A model generated the notes under the pieces. It saw only the letters and a list, made by a program, of their open reading frames with translations, was not told the origin of the DNA and did not search any database. Below are positions 37,987 through 48,122 of a stretch of DNA of 64,000 nt, in pieces (position 1 is the stretch's first letter; each line of letters opens with the position of its first letter). A program made the translations under genes and the position numbers. This stretch comes from Patescibacteria group bacterium (GTDB lineage Bacteria > Patescibacteriota > Minisyncoccia > Moranbacterales > JAKLHP01). The stretch lies in the NCBI GenBank assembly GCA_043803385.1, contig JAZDKA010000041.1, positions 19,799-83,798 of the forward strand, given 5' to 3'.

Positions 37987-38679
37987 TTATTCATTTATTA
38001 TTTTTTCTAAATATTCTTTAATTTTCAATTGCTCTTCGAATGAATTTTCCAGTTCAATGCTGATAATATCAGGCATATATTTCAGGTATTTTTTGATGTA
38101 GTTTAATTCTTTTAAATCATTCAGAGTGTGGATATCATATGATGGCTCACAATAAGTATATGGAAATAATTCTTTTGATACTCCAGATATATGGCAACAG
38201 CCAATCGGATATTTTTGTATTAGTTTCTCAAAATCAGCGTATTTTTTATTGTTCTTTTTAATTCCATTTTCCCAATGCGAGAAATCAATGCATAATCCAT
38301 TTCCCAGTGATGATATTTCATCTGAAATTGGCACAAAATCCGTATTTTCTAAATAAATTATATTTTTGTATTTAGAATAATCATAATTTACAGGAAATTC
38401 TTTGGGGGAATGAATATTGAAAACCGCTGTCTTAAATTTACTTACGAAATAATTTAATTCATCAACCGGCATATCATCTGGTCTTAAGTGCACATGCGGG
38501 ATTGATTCAATGCCGGTTTTTTCGAGTAAATTATATAGTTCTTTTCTTTCCTCGTTTTTTAAAAAAGTTGGAAAAAGAGCAAGTTCTTTAATATTAAATT
38601 TATCTATTTCTTTGATTTTTTCTCTCCAGTCCGATCCGGGAGTGGTCGTTAGCCCTAATAAAATTTTCTTTTGAGGCAT
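37987..38679 (-). CDS. Hypothetical TIM-barrel (xylose isomerase/AP endonuclease-like) metalloprotein
   Basis: PHVH, NIH, YLEN, CIDFSH, CHIS, IELEN. Confidence 0.65.
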   Translation of the reverse strand: MPQKKILLGLTTTPGSDWREKIKEIDKFNIKELALFPTFLKNEERKELYNLLEKTGIESIPHVHLRPDDMPVDELNYFVSKFKTAVFNIHSPKEFPVNYDYSKYKNIIYLENTDFVPISDEISSLGNGLCIDFSHWENGIKKNNKKYADFEKLIQKYPIGCCHISGVSKELFPYTYCEPSYDIHTLNDLKELNYIKKYLKYMPDIISIELENSFEEQLKIKEYLEKIINE

Positions 38680-38732
38680 AATAATATAAATCACTAATCT
38701 ACGCTAATTAACTTTCGAATTATCACGAATAA

Positions 38733-38762
38733 TTTATTCAGTATACTAGTATACTGAATAAA
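38733..38762. repeat. Perfect 30-bp palindrome
   Basis: TTTATTCAGTATACT|AGTATACTGAATAAA. Confidence 0.85.
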
Positions 38763-38764
38763 CA

Positions 38765-39775
38765 TTATCTGCTTACTTTTTCGTAATTCTCGACAAATCC
38801 TTTTCCGAGAAGTGGCCGCCACCAAAATTCATTATTTTTATACCATTCAACTATTTCGTCCATTCCTTTTTCAAAATCAATTTCCGGTTTCCATCCCAGT
38901 TCCTCTTGCATTTTTGTCGTATCAAGAAGATATCTCCTGTCGTGTCCCGGACGGTCTTCAATGTAAGTCTTTAGGCTTTCCGGCTTATTAAGTCTTTTCA
39001 ATACTGCTTCGGAAATTTCTTCTATGCTTTTTTCAATTCCGCTTCCAATATTATATGCCTCGCCTGCTTTTCCTTTGTGAATAATCAAATCTATCGCCCG
39101 GCAATGATCTTCCGTGTGAAGCCATTCCCTTCTGTTTAAACTGCTCTTGAATAATGGCAATTCCTTATTATCTATCGCGTTAGTAATGAAACGAGGGATT
39201 ATTTTTTCCGGAAATTGGTATGGCCCGTAATTATTTGAACAATGGCTGATAGTAACCGGAAGTTTAAATGTGTGAAAATACGCCATTACTTCGTGATTAG
39301 CTCCGGCTTTCGAAGAATTATAGGGAGTTTTTGGCATATATGGATCTGTTTCTTTAAATGCTCTGTTTTCATCCAGCGCTAAATCGCCAAAAACTTCGCA
39401 AGTGGAAATGTGATGAAATTTTTTGACTCCAACTTCTTTTGCGGCTTCAAGCAGCATTTGGGTTCCCAGCACATTTGTTTTAACAAAAATATCCGGCTCA
39501 ACCATCGCGCGGCCATTATGTGATTCAGCGGCAAAATTAACAATCACATCAATTTTTTCTTCCTTCAGTAAATTTTTATTATTTTCCAAATCTCCAATAT
39601 CCCCTTTCACGAATTTATAGTTCGGATTATTCTCGATATCTCTCAAATTTTCCAAATTTCCGGCGTAGGTCAAAATGTCAAGATTAACAACTTGGTAATC
39701 AGGGTATTTCTTGAGAATGTAATGGATAAAATTACTTCCAATAAAACCTGCGCCTCCGGTTATTAATAATTTCAT
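38765..39775 (-). CDS. rfbB: dTDP-glucose 4,6-dehydratase
   Basis: TGGAGFIGSN, LTYAG, FAAESH, NNYGPYQFPEK, RPGHDRRY. Confidence 0.96.
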   Translation of the reverse strand: MKLLITGGAGFIGSNFIHYILKKYPDYQVVNLDILTYAGNLENLRDIENNPNYKFVKGDIGDLENNKNLLKEEKIDVIVNFAAESHNGRAMVEPDIFVKTNVLGTQMLLEAAKEVGVKKFHHISTCEVFGDLALDENRAFKETDPYMPKTPYNSSKAGANHEVMAYFHTFKLPVTISHCSNNYGPYQFPEKIIPRFITNAIDNKELPLFKSSLNRREWLHTEDHCRAIDLIIHKGKAGEAYNIGSGIEKSIEEISEAVLKRLNKPESLKTYIEDRPGHDRRYLLDTTKMQEELGWKPEIDFEKGMDEIVEWYKNNEFWWRPLLGKGFVENYEKVSR

Positions 39776-39834
39776 GAAGCATGGAACATAGAGCATGGAA
39801 CATTTTTATTTTGTTTCATGTTTTATGCTATGTG

Positions 39835-40284
39835 TTATATAATTTTGAATGGCGAATTAGGATCTTTTTCCCATCTGATTTCATCCACTTCTTCTTTTTT
39901 GCTCCTGCCTTTGTATAATTTGTCAGGAAAATTGACGCAATAGCCGGGAGTTTCGGAAACGCATTTGTAGCCGTGGACAACTCCGGGCGGAACAATAGCC
40001 AGAGTAGGATTATTTTCTCCCACTTCTATTTTCACATATTCTCCTTTAGTCGGGCTATTTTCGCGGTTATCCCAAAGATGAAGTTCGAAATTTCCCGGTC
40101 CGGCAAAAGCGAAACAATCGGATTGCTTTTTGTGTTCGTGCGGCCCGCGATACATTCCCGGATTAGTCATGCTCACATAACTCATTACGGGTGCATATTC
40201 CGCTTCATCGCTTCGAAAAATTTCCGAAAGCCAGCCTCTCTTATCTTCGAATTTTGTTAATTTTTTTATTATTAGTCCTTTCAT
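39835..40284 (-). CDS. rfbC: dTDP-4-dehydrorhamnose 3,5-epimerase family cupin
   Basis: D.RGW..E, RGPHEH, VPPGVVHGY. Confidence 0.9.
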   Translation of the reverse strand: MKGLIIKKLTKFEDKRGWLSEIFRSDEAEYAPVMSYVSMTNPGMYRGPHEHKKQSDCFAFAGPGNFELHLWDNRENSPTKGEYVKIEVGENNPTLAIVPPGVVHGYKCVSETPGYCVNFPDKLYKGRSKKEEVDEIRWEKDPNSPFKII

Positions 40285-40499
40285 ATTGGCATGGTTAGCA
40301 TAATTATACAGTAATGTTAATATAATTTAGCCAAAAAGGCAAAATTTAAGAAAATTAAACAAAAAATTAATAGTGAACATTTATTGCGTACGCAATAAAA
40401 ATACGGTATCTTATAAAATATGTGTAGGATAAAAAAAGTGGGCAGGTTCGAGTTAGTTTTCGAAACTGTCCGCATTTTCTCCCTTTTTCGAGTATCTTA

Positions 40500-40862
40500 T
40501 CACGGAATATGGACAAACTGAATGTGATAAGCGTATTCTTTGTCTCCTTTTCGGATGATGGTCAGATCTTTTTGCCTGGATAGTAACTCGATATTATAAC
40601 GAGGATCACTATGCCCCACGAGAAAAATGTACTCCTCATCTACAAAATCAACCATCATGAACAGCCTTTTGGGATGAAGCTTTATTAAATCTCCTCTCGA
40701 GAGCTGTTTTAGCGTATTTGCCAGTTGAGTTGCTTGAGTTTTTTCTTCTGCAGTCGCCTTTTCTTTCCAATTTGGAATAGTGAACTGTAAGACTACAATA
40801 CCAACCAAAAGAATACCAAGAATTACTAAAAGAACAGTAGACATTACTTTCTTTGTGTTCAT
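40500..40862 (-). CDS. Hypothetical membrane-anchored protein (accessory islet)
   Basis: N-terminal TM; SD GAGGAGG. Confidence 0.65.
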   Translation of the reverse strand: MNTKKVMSTVLLVILGILLVGIVVLQFTIPNWKEKATAEEKTQATQLANTLKQLSRGDLIKLHPKRLFMMVDFVDEEYIFLVGHSDPRYNIELLSRQKDLTIIRKGDKEYAYHIQFVHIP

Positions 40863-40930
40863 ACTAAACCTCCTCGCATTGTATTTTTTATTTTATTTCA
40901 CCTGAAACTATATCTAAAATCATTATAAAT

Positions 40931-41917
40931 CTATAATTCACCTTTTAAAAGCTGATTTAATCTTTTCTTTAATTCCTCCTGTGTCGGTTCACGGTGAAAA
41001 TTAACAGATTCTTTCTTGCTTGCCGCAGTTTGTTTTTCGGGCTTTATTTCTTCTTTAATTTCTCGTTGTTCAGCAATACTTTCCTTAACAGGCTTTGCGT
41101 TTTTAATTATGTTATTTCTAAAATATTCTTCATCAATAAAGGGCAAGTTTCCCGGAACATTGGAAACTCCCGGAAGATTTTCTGGCGCGGAAGAAATTTT
41201 GGCCGGAATTTTAGGTTTTGTTTCTTCCGGCTTTTTTTCTTGAGTTTCAGGAAGTTTTTCAAGCTCTTTGAAATAGTTTTCTTCCACCGGAATTTCTATT
41301 TTCGGCTTTTTCCCAAAATCAAATTTAGGAAAACTAATTTTTATTTCCCGGCTTTTTTGCAGGAAATAGCTTGAGATAAAACCTAAAATAAAAGAAATCC
41401 CGGTTCCGATGGCAAGGCTTATTAAAATTGCCAAAACCCAGTTATCAAATGCCGGCCGGACAGCCGGCTCTTCAATTATTCGAAGGTCAACATCATTTTT
41501 AATGTCATAATAAAAACTCACAACGCTGAAAAGCGTAGAAACAGTTGCGTTGGAAATTAATTTAGCCTCGCCGGGACTCTGGGAAACGGCGGTTATTTTT
41601 ACTATCGAACTTTTCTTTTCCTTTTTGGCTTTAATCATTTCGTCCCATAACTTTTTTCTTTTATTATCAGAAAGGCCGGAAAATTTGTCCTCCAGTTTGT
41701 TATCCTTTATCAGTTTTTCATAGAAAGACAGCTTTGTCGGGAAAACTTCCAAATTTCCAATTATATTTCCCGAATCTGAAGCAGCCTTTTCGCTTTTAGG
41801 AATGAAAATAATTGAAATTTCCGATTCATAATTCCGGTAATTTCCCAGAATAAAAAGAAAGGCAACCGCTGAAAGTATCAAGGATATCAGTATTAATGAT
41901 AATTTATTTCTAAACAT
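40931..41917 (-). CDS. Wzz/CapA-like chain-length-determinant membrane protein with disordered tail
   Basis: Two TMs flanking an external domain (Y.SEISI, IIEEPA..P); C-terminal EPT.EELK.RLN.LL.GEL. Confidence 0.65.
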   Translation of the reverse strand: MFRNKLSLILISLILSAVAFLFILGNYRNYESEISIIFIPKSEKAASDSGNIIGNLEVFPTKLSFYEKLIKDNKLEDKFSGLSDNKRKKLWDEMIKAKKEKKSSIVKITAVSQSPGEAKLISNATVSTLFSVVSFYYDIKNDVDLRIIEEPAVRPAFDNWVLAILISLAIGTGISFILGFISSYFLQKSREIKISFPKFDFGKKPKIEIPVEENYFKELEKLPETQEKKPEETKPKIPAKISSAPENLPGVSNVPGNLPFIDEEYFRNNIIKNAKPVKESIAEQREIKEEIKPEKQTAASKKESVNFHREPTQEELKKRLNQLLKGEL

Positions 41918-43088
41918 AAGATTCAACTTTTTTACTTAATGCATTTAATTTTTTCTTTTCTTTGCTTTCCGCTGCCAGTTCGTATATCCGGAGAGTTTTT
42001 CTGGTAATTGAATCCCAGCTGAATTGCTTTTGGATTCTTTCCCTGGCCATTCTTCCCATTTTTTGGGTCTCAAGAGGCTTGTTTAAAATATATGACATTA
42101 CTTCTTTGGTATTTTCGAGGCTGCTGGAATTAAAAACGAATCCGCATTTTCCAACAGTTTCCAGATTGCTATGGCTTCCGCAAACCAATGGCGCCGTTTT
42201 CGAGTTCATTGCTTCGATAAGCCTCATAGGAATTTCCTCGCTGCTGGAAGGCTGGATGAAAAGATAGGCATGGGACAGAAGCTGTTCTGCTGAAGAGCGG
42301 TTTTGTTTTTCGGTAAAAATAATGCTATTTCTTCCCTTGATTATTTTTTTGATAAAAGTTTTTTGTTTGCTGTTTAGAAGCGCGTCCCCCAAAAGCAAAA
42401 GCTTGAATCCGTTGGCAATTTTACTGGTGTCTTCTATTTTCTTGAAAGCGCTGATTATCTTTTCTACTGCTTCGCTGACTTCCGGCTTTATTTCCATCAC
42501 TATATATTTTTTCTCCTTGAGTTCCCAGCGTTCCAGCGACTTTGTTCCGGCGTCATATTTCAAAGATGGTCCGGTTGGGATATGGATGATGTTTCTTCTG
42601 TATTGGCTAAGCGCGTATCTTTTCAAAACTTTACTAGTAGTGATGATCCTTTCTGAAATGTCAAAAAATATTTTTTCCGATAACTTGATAATTTTTTTCT
42701 CAAGCCGCCCCCTATTTTCCTGGAGATAATTCCGGCTGTGAAAAGTCGAAATGAAAGCTGTTTTTCTTTTTAGCAGTTTTAGGATAATTCCAAAAAAAGA
42801 AGATTCAATTCCCTGAAAATGGATAACATCGTATTTTTTGAAAATAATTTTGAAAGTAGTGAACAGAAAATGGCTGGCTCTTTTCATTTTTCTTGATCCA
42901 AATCCGGAAACGCGGACGAACTTTACTCCTTCTGATTCAAAAAAATCTTTGCCATTGTGGCATTTTTCGACATAGGAAAAAACGTCGTGTCCCCTTTCGG
43001 CGAGGCGAATCGCCAGTTCTTCAATATATCTGTCGATTTCCCGGCTAGTGGCGGGAAATTCCTTTTGTCCGATAAAGGCAATGCGCAT
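41910..43088 (-). CDS. Glycosyltransferase family 4 (divergent)
   Basis: MRIAFIGQK, GHDV, PS..E......EAM, FSWD. Confidence 0.85.
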   Translation of the reverse strand: MRIAFIGQKEFPATSREIDRYIEELAIRLAERGHDVFSYVEKCHNGKDFFESEGVKFVRVSGFGSRKMKRASHFLFTTFKIIFKKYDVIHFQGIESSFFGIILKLLKRKTAFISTFHSRNYLQENRGRLEKKIIKLSEKIFFDISERIITTSKVLKRYALSQYRRNIIHIPTGPSLKYDAGTKSLERWELKEKKYIVMEIKPEVSEAVEKIISAFKKIEDTSKIANGFKLLLLGDALLNSKQKTFIKKIIKGRNSIIFTEKQNRSSAEQLLSHAYLFIQPSSSEEIPMRLIEAMNSKTAPLVCGSHSNLETVGKCGFVFNSSSLENTKEVMSYILNKPLETQKMGRMARERIQKQFSWDSITRKTLRIYELAAESKEKKKLNALSKKVESYV

Positions 43089-43237
43089 AAAACCGATGCG
43101 AATCTACGAATTAAATGCGAATCTACGAAATGTATGAATCGCGAAGTTGACTTAGTAATCTAGCAAAGATGAGTTATATTGTCAATGTTTTTAGGCTTCA
43201 ATAATATTCGGATAGTTTTAATTTATAAATTTCATAA

Positions 43238-43285
43238 ATCAGACAATTACTTTGATACTTTCGAGTATCAAAGTAATTGTCTGAT
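43238..43285. repeat. Perfect 22-bp-stem hairpin with TTCG loop
   Basis: ATCAGACAATTACTTTGATACT-TTCG-AGTATCAAAGTAATTGTCTGAT. Confidence 0.85.
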
Positions 43286-43665
43286 AGTGATAAAATAGAT
43301 TTGAAAGGTTAGCTTAGGATAAATTAAAATTTCGTGGAGTATGCATAAATTAAAAGCGGGTAGTGCTCGATGGCTCTACCCGCGGTATTTCTATGACTTT
43401 CACCTCTCGTTTGAAAGGATTTTTTTCGAGTTTAAGTTTTGAATCTTTGAATTTTGATAAAAATCTAAACTAACTGCAATACTTTCTGCCCACGGATGTG
43501 GAATAGATTGTATATCAGACCTCCTAAGGGAGAATCTAGTGCATGCTTGAAAACTCCAAGGAGTATTTCAAGATATCACCTACCAAGGTAGAGTGATATT
43601 AAGCTAGAAGAACTTAAGATATTGGGGAATCCAGACTGTTTTCAATCTGGACTCCCCCTTTCTGT

Positions 43666-44664
43666 TTAACCGATGATCTGAACTTCCGCATCATGACCGC
43701 CTGCCAGATGTGAGAAAAGTGCCTGTTGCTGACGGGAATGCAGGTCTGCCTTGCCCTCATATTCACCCATGAGGAACTTCATGGCAGTGGTTCTGCAATC
43801 GTTGTACGCCTTTGTGAAATTGTCCGTATGCTTCCGTTCTATTTCCGACGGAAACGGAACTTCGGCAATACCTTCACTGGGCACATAGGTTGTGATGTAA
43901 TATCCGTCTATAATGCGTGGCCGTACAATTGCTGTGCGACCATTGTAGCTTACCCTTACCGTAAGCGGTTTGAGTCTTTTTACTTCCTCTGCCGTTTTTG
44001 ACGGCAGCGTATTCACGGTATAAATTGTTTCGGCATGATTCTGAGCGATTTGTTCGCCCAGTCCGGTAATCGCGGTCTGGATTTCTCCCAAATTACGATT
44101 AGTCGCTTGCTGTCGTCTTTCCCCGTCCTGCCTGCGTCTTTCGTCCTGGCGCCGGTTATAAAGAATATATGCGCCGAGACCAAGGAAGCCGAAGATCAAA
44201 ATTGCTGCCATTATCCGGAAGTTTTTGACAATCATGTCGGATACGTTTCCGAGTCTTTCGTAGAGCCAATCAATGTTGCTCGCATTGACTCTATTGGCTT
44301 CCGTATTTTTGATAACAGCGTCTGCGAGCTTATCCACTGATTTCATCGCAGACTTGTGTACCTCCAGGGCAGCTGCATTCGCTCCTTCGACGGCAACTTT
44401 TATTTTTTTGTCGAGAGCATTAAACGCTCCCTCAACCTTGCCGTCCTTGCTTCCGAGGAGTTTCTTCTCGAGACCGTAGACGCTCCCGACTTTCTTCTGG
44501 ACCGCTTTCGCAATCCCCTCCTCGGTAATCTGAGCCGGCTGAGCCGACTGTCCGGCAACGGACGTGTTGCTGTCAACCTGCGGTACTTTAATTTCCGCTT
44601 GTGCCGTGAAAGACACAAGCACCAATGTCAAGATGGCCATAATGGCCAGAATTTTTGTTCTCAT
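43666..44664 (-). CDS. Hypothetical exported/membrane protein (island)
   Basis: Signal peptide (AQA), internal TM, RRQDERRRQDGERRQ duplication; SD AAGGAGG. Confidence 0.75.
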   Translation of the reverse strand: MRTKILAIMAILTLVLVSFTAQAEIKVPQVDSNTSVAGQSAQPAQITEEGIAKAVQKKVGSVYGLEKKLLGSKDGKVEGAFNALDKKIKVAVEGANAAALEVHKSAMKSVDKLADAVIKNTEANRVNASNIDWLYERLGNVSDMIVKNFRIMAAILIFGFLGLGAYILYNRRQDERRRQDGERRQQATNRNLGEIQTAITGLGEQIAQNHAETIYTVNTLPSKTAEEVKRLKPLTVRVSYNGRTAIVRPRIIDGYYITTYVPSEGIAEVPFPSEIERKHTDNFTKAYNDCRTTAMKFLMGEYEGKADLHSRQQQALFSHLAGGHDAEVQIIG

Positions 44665-44674
44665 CGATGCCTCC

Positions 44675-46087
44675 TTATCGTTTGAGTTCTTCGTATTTAT
44701 CAGGAATAGAATCTAGCTTCTTCTCCTGCCCGTGCCTTATCGCTATCTCTTTCCCTTTGAGTTCGAGAATGGCCAAAGCCCAGTTGTAGCGGACCTTGTA
44801 AATGACATTCTGCGCCCCACTCAGGGTTGAGGTTTTGATGTGCTTCTTGGTTTTGGGGTCTTTCTTTGACTCATGGCCATTATTGAAATCCCGTTCGGCA
44901 ATCTCATACTGTTTGATTGCTTTTTCAAGAAGCTCCTTGTTGGTTCTGCCAGTGCAGAAATACCAATCAAGGTAAGCATCTCCGTATTCCTTCCGGAGCC
45001 GTTCGTTGTTATAGGAAGGTGTATCGCAGAATAGCGTACCTTCCTCCATTTCCTTGATCTTTTCGATATAAATTGATGGATTGCAGACTGGCTTCGGTGG
45101 CTCGACTTTCGGTGGCGGACATGGTTCCGGCTTTTTTTCCACAATCACTACTTTAGTTTTTGGTGGAGGAGGCGGACTGCAAATATCCACACCGTTTGGC
45201 GGCGTAGTCGGTCCATCATTAAGAGCTAGAACCATCCAGTCATATGCCGTATCGACATATGCTTCGGTCGTTCCGATTAATCCGCCGAGTGACATAGCTA
45301 CTGCCGTGTCGTCCGGCGAACCAAACAGTTTTGCTCCGGCTGCTCCAGATCCAATTGAGAACCCGGAATTTTTCGGGTCTCTGCGCATCCTGTAGAATGC
45401 AAAGACCCGGCTGGTATTGGTCGTCGCCTTAGCTTCCGCCAAGCAACGTCCCAATGCCGCTCCTTTCGGCCACCCATAGTAACCCTCGCATTCGAACTCA
45501 CCTAAGAGTTGGTCACTCGGATAAATCATAGATGAATCCCAATTCAGGATCACCACAGGTTTGTTATCCGAGTTTCCATTGAATGGCACATGAATAACTT
45601 TTTTCACTTCACCTGAAAAGAGCTTGTGAAAAAATCCGCCTTTCCGGTCCGAGAACGAACCGGAACTTCCTGTGTTGCTAAGTCGCTCTTTGGTATAAAT
45701 CCGATAGAGCGGCTGGCATAAGAAAGGTTTCCAACCGTCAACAGTCGGAAAGAGTGGAGCTCCGACGAAACTTCCTACGGGACCAGGTAACGCAGTGATA
45801 TGTTCCCGCTTATCTTCACTGACATATGTGTTAGTCAGCGAATTATCTGCGGAAGAATTTCCGCTGGTGGCATTTGCGTTGCCACCCTTTCCACCAATAC
45901 CAATAGCAGTCTGTTTCTGCTGTTGGTCTTGATTTTGCTTTTGATTCTGATCCTGCGTGGCGTTTCCGCCGGTTGATGTCGCAGTATTCGAGTTTGAATT
46001 ATCAACATTCGTGCTGACGTCTGCCAACACTGGTCCTGTAAAAATCAGGACCGCCAATGCCATAAATACTACAAAAACTGTCTTCAT
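44675..46087 (-). CDS. Hypothetical secreted protein: Q/N/T-rich N-terminus, Cys pairs, Pro linker, helical C-terminus (island)
   Basis: Signal peptide (VLA|D); SD GGAGGTG; higher GC than flanks by eye. Confidence 0.78.
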   Translation of the reverse strand: MKTVFVVFMALAVLIFTGPVLADVSTNVDNSNSNTATSTGGNATQDQNQKQNQDQQQKQTAIGIGGKGGNANATSGNSSADNSLTNTYVSEDKREHITALPGPVGSFVGAPLFPTVDGWKPFLCQPLYRIYTKERLSNTGSSGSFSDRKGGFFHKLFSGEVKKVIHVPFNGNSDNKPVVILNWDSSMIYPSDQLLGEFECEGYYGWPKGAALGRCLAEAKATTNTSRVFAFYRMRRDPKNSGFSIGSGAAGAKLFGSPDDTAVAMSLGGLIGTTEAYVDTAYDWMVLALNDGPTTPPNGVDICSPPPPPKTKVVIVEKKPEPCPPPKVEPPKPVCNPSIYIEKIKEMEEGTLFCDTPSYNNERLRKEYGDAYLDWYFCTGRTNKELLEKAIKQYEIAERDFNNGHESKKDPKTKKHIKTSTLSGAQNVIYKVRYNWALAILELKGKEIAIRHGQEKKLDSIPDKYEELKR

Positions 46088-46473
46088 ATTGCACCTCCGT
46101 GCTGTATTTTTTGATTCTTTTTCCCTATATGAAACCGACTAGGTCGGTTATCTAAATTGTTAAAAAACATTCTTATCTATATTTTTATCCTCCTCCCATT
46201 TTAAGCAAAGTGTTAAGTAAACTATTACTTAAAACGGCAGAGGGACAATGGAATCAATCAGCGCCAGGCGCTGAACATGATTTTTATTGAGCCTCTAAAC
46301 TTAGAATATTTTCCTCTAATCTTTTTATCTCATTTTCAGCTAAATCAGCCTCTTTCCAATCCCCATTAAGGAACTGATTGGCTTGAAAAGCTATAAGATA
46401 TTCCAGTTTTTTCAGTAATTCAAATTTAGACATATATTTAGGGTTAATTTTTATGGTATTTTCAGAACCTCGT

Positions 46474-46502
46474 ATTCTAGCAGATAACTACAGTTCTGTC
46501 AA
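46474..46502 (-). promoter_or_regulatory. Consensus-like sigma70 promoter for the island
   Basis: TTGACA-N17-TAGAAT with TGn extended -10. Confidence 0.7.
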
Positions 46503-46569
46503 CCCCGCACTAACTTTTTGCTGGCGTAGCCGATTTAGCGCTTTGCGCTTGCAAAAAGTTAGTGCGGGG
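46503..46569. mobile_element. Palindromic element A'1
   Basis: 19-bp TIR CCCCGCACTAACTTTTTGC; CAA on both flanks. Confidence 0.8.
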
Positions 46570-46578
46570 CAAGTCTTT

Positions 46579-47433
46579 TTATTTCACCATTTCTGCTTTG
46601 ACGACAATCCTCCGAAGAGCTGTTCCTAGCGGCCAGCAAGTGGATAATGTTAGCGTCGGTTCGGATGTTTCGGCAAATATTCTTTCATCATCCGGAGCAT
46701 CAATATATTTTCCGGAAACTTTGTACTGGTAAATGACAACTGCTCCATTGTATTGGATAGTTTTTACGGAAATCAGATCTCCGGCTTCAAGATTATTCAA
46801 ATCTTTGAAGATATAATTATAATCTCCCTTCACCCAAACGTAATTGCTTGAATGTCCGGAAATTACCATATTTCCATTCTGTCCGGGCGAAGCAGTTTTT
46901 GGATAATGGGCAATCCCGCTTTTCAAATCTTCCAGCATATTTTTTTCATCTTCGCTCACTGACCAAATCATTGGAGCATTCACCGATATTTTTTCTATAG
47001 ACAGTTCCACTTTCATTTTTCTGTCTCCCGGAAAACTTGGGTCGTAGCCGTTAGCTATTTCATTCTTGTCAGAATATCCGTCTCCGTCCGTGTCGGCTTT
47101 TCGCGGATCAGTCCCGTGGACATATTCCAAAAAATTAGGAAGCCCGTCTCCATCCGGATCGCCGTCATATTTTTCGCTTCCTGCGCCCAAATTATGCTGT
47201 TCCGCCCATCCGTCATAATCCAGGGAAGCAATAGAACTCGAACCCATTCTTTTTTTGAGTTCCTGGTTGCTATTGTCGCTGGAAACGTTTAAAGAAGCGG
47301 GTAATTTTTGGTTGCTCGGTTTGATGTCCAAATTGGACAGATAAAAAAGAATAAAAAATATGGCCAATAAAAAACAGCTGAAAAGAATAGAATTAATCCA
47401 ACTGCCTCTTATTTTTCGCCAAAAATTGTTCAT
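46579..47433 (-). CDS. Sortase with DxDGDG (TSP3-like) calcium-binding repeats
   Basis: GNMVISGHSS, F..L..L..GD, LTLSTCWP...RR; DPDGDG, DTDGDG. Confidence 0.92.
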   Translation of the reverse strand: MNNFWRKIRGSWINSILFSCFLLAIFFILFYLSNLDIKPSNQKLPASLNVSSDNSNQELKKRMGSSSIASLDYDGWAEQHNLGAGSEKYDGDPDGDGLPNFLEYVHGTDPRKADTDGDGYSDKNEIANGYDPSFPGDRKMKVELSIEKISVNAPMIWSVSEDEKNMLEDLKSGIAHYPKTASPGQNGNMVISGHSSNYVWVKGDYNYIFKDLNNLEAGDLISVKTIQYNGAVVIYQYKVSGKYIDAPDDERIFAETSEPTLTLSTCWPLGTALRRIVVKAEMVK

Positions 47434-47449
47434 GATTTTAATTCAAAAA

Positions 47450-47995
47450 CTATTTTGCGTATCTTTTGTAAGTTTTTACAGAACCTGCAGCTACTAATCC
47501 TGAAGCGGCTAAAATTCCAAGCAGTCCCGGAATTCCTGCTCCCGTAGCTGGCAATACTTTCTTGGTTATATAAACTTTTTTTCCGTCTTTATTATGAGTG
47601 TAATAAACCTTCTTTCCGTTTTTGTATTCGTAATGATCATTATTATGATCCTTATTTCCGTTATCTTTATCAACGTCTACCTCCACCTTTGTTTTTGAAG
47701 TTTGGCTAACAGAAGCGCTACCGCCAGTAGTTGACCGCGACTGGCTTTGAGATTGCGACTGTGATTGCGATTGTGATGATTGCGCAAGCTGTGAAGACGA
47801 AGATTGTTTCTGGCCTTGAGATTGCGACTGTGATTGTGATTGCGTTGCAGTTCCTCCTGTCGCAGTTGCCGTGTTTTTGTTAGTATTTTTCACGCTAACG
47901 TTTACGTCAGCGAATGCCAAATTTACAGCCAAAAAACACAAGGCTACGGCTGAAATAGCAAGCATTGACGCATAGATTATTCCCCTTTTTGCCAT
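47450..47995 (-). CDS. Secreted SQ-repeat protein with LPXTG sorting signal
   Basis: Signal peptide (AFA|D), (SQ)n, LPATG + hydrophobic segment + KTYKRYAK tail. Confidence 0.85.
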   Translation of the reverse strand: MAKRGIIYASMLAISAVALCFLAVNLAFADVNVSVKNTNKNTATATGGTATQSQSQSQSQGQKQSSSSQLAQSSQSQSQSQSQSQSRSTTGGSASVSQTSKTKVEVDVDKDNGNKDHNNDHYEYKNGKKVYYTHNKDGKKVYITKKVLPATGAGIPGLLGILAASGLVAAGSVKTYKRYAK

Positions 47996-48122
47996 ATTGA
48001 TTAAGTATATTAATAATTATTACCCGATAAGGGATTTTGTAGGCTAACAGATATCCGGTTTTTTGTCAAGTAAAAATGCCGACAGTTAGCCGGCAAGTAT
48101 AAATCTTTTTAAATATGATTTT

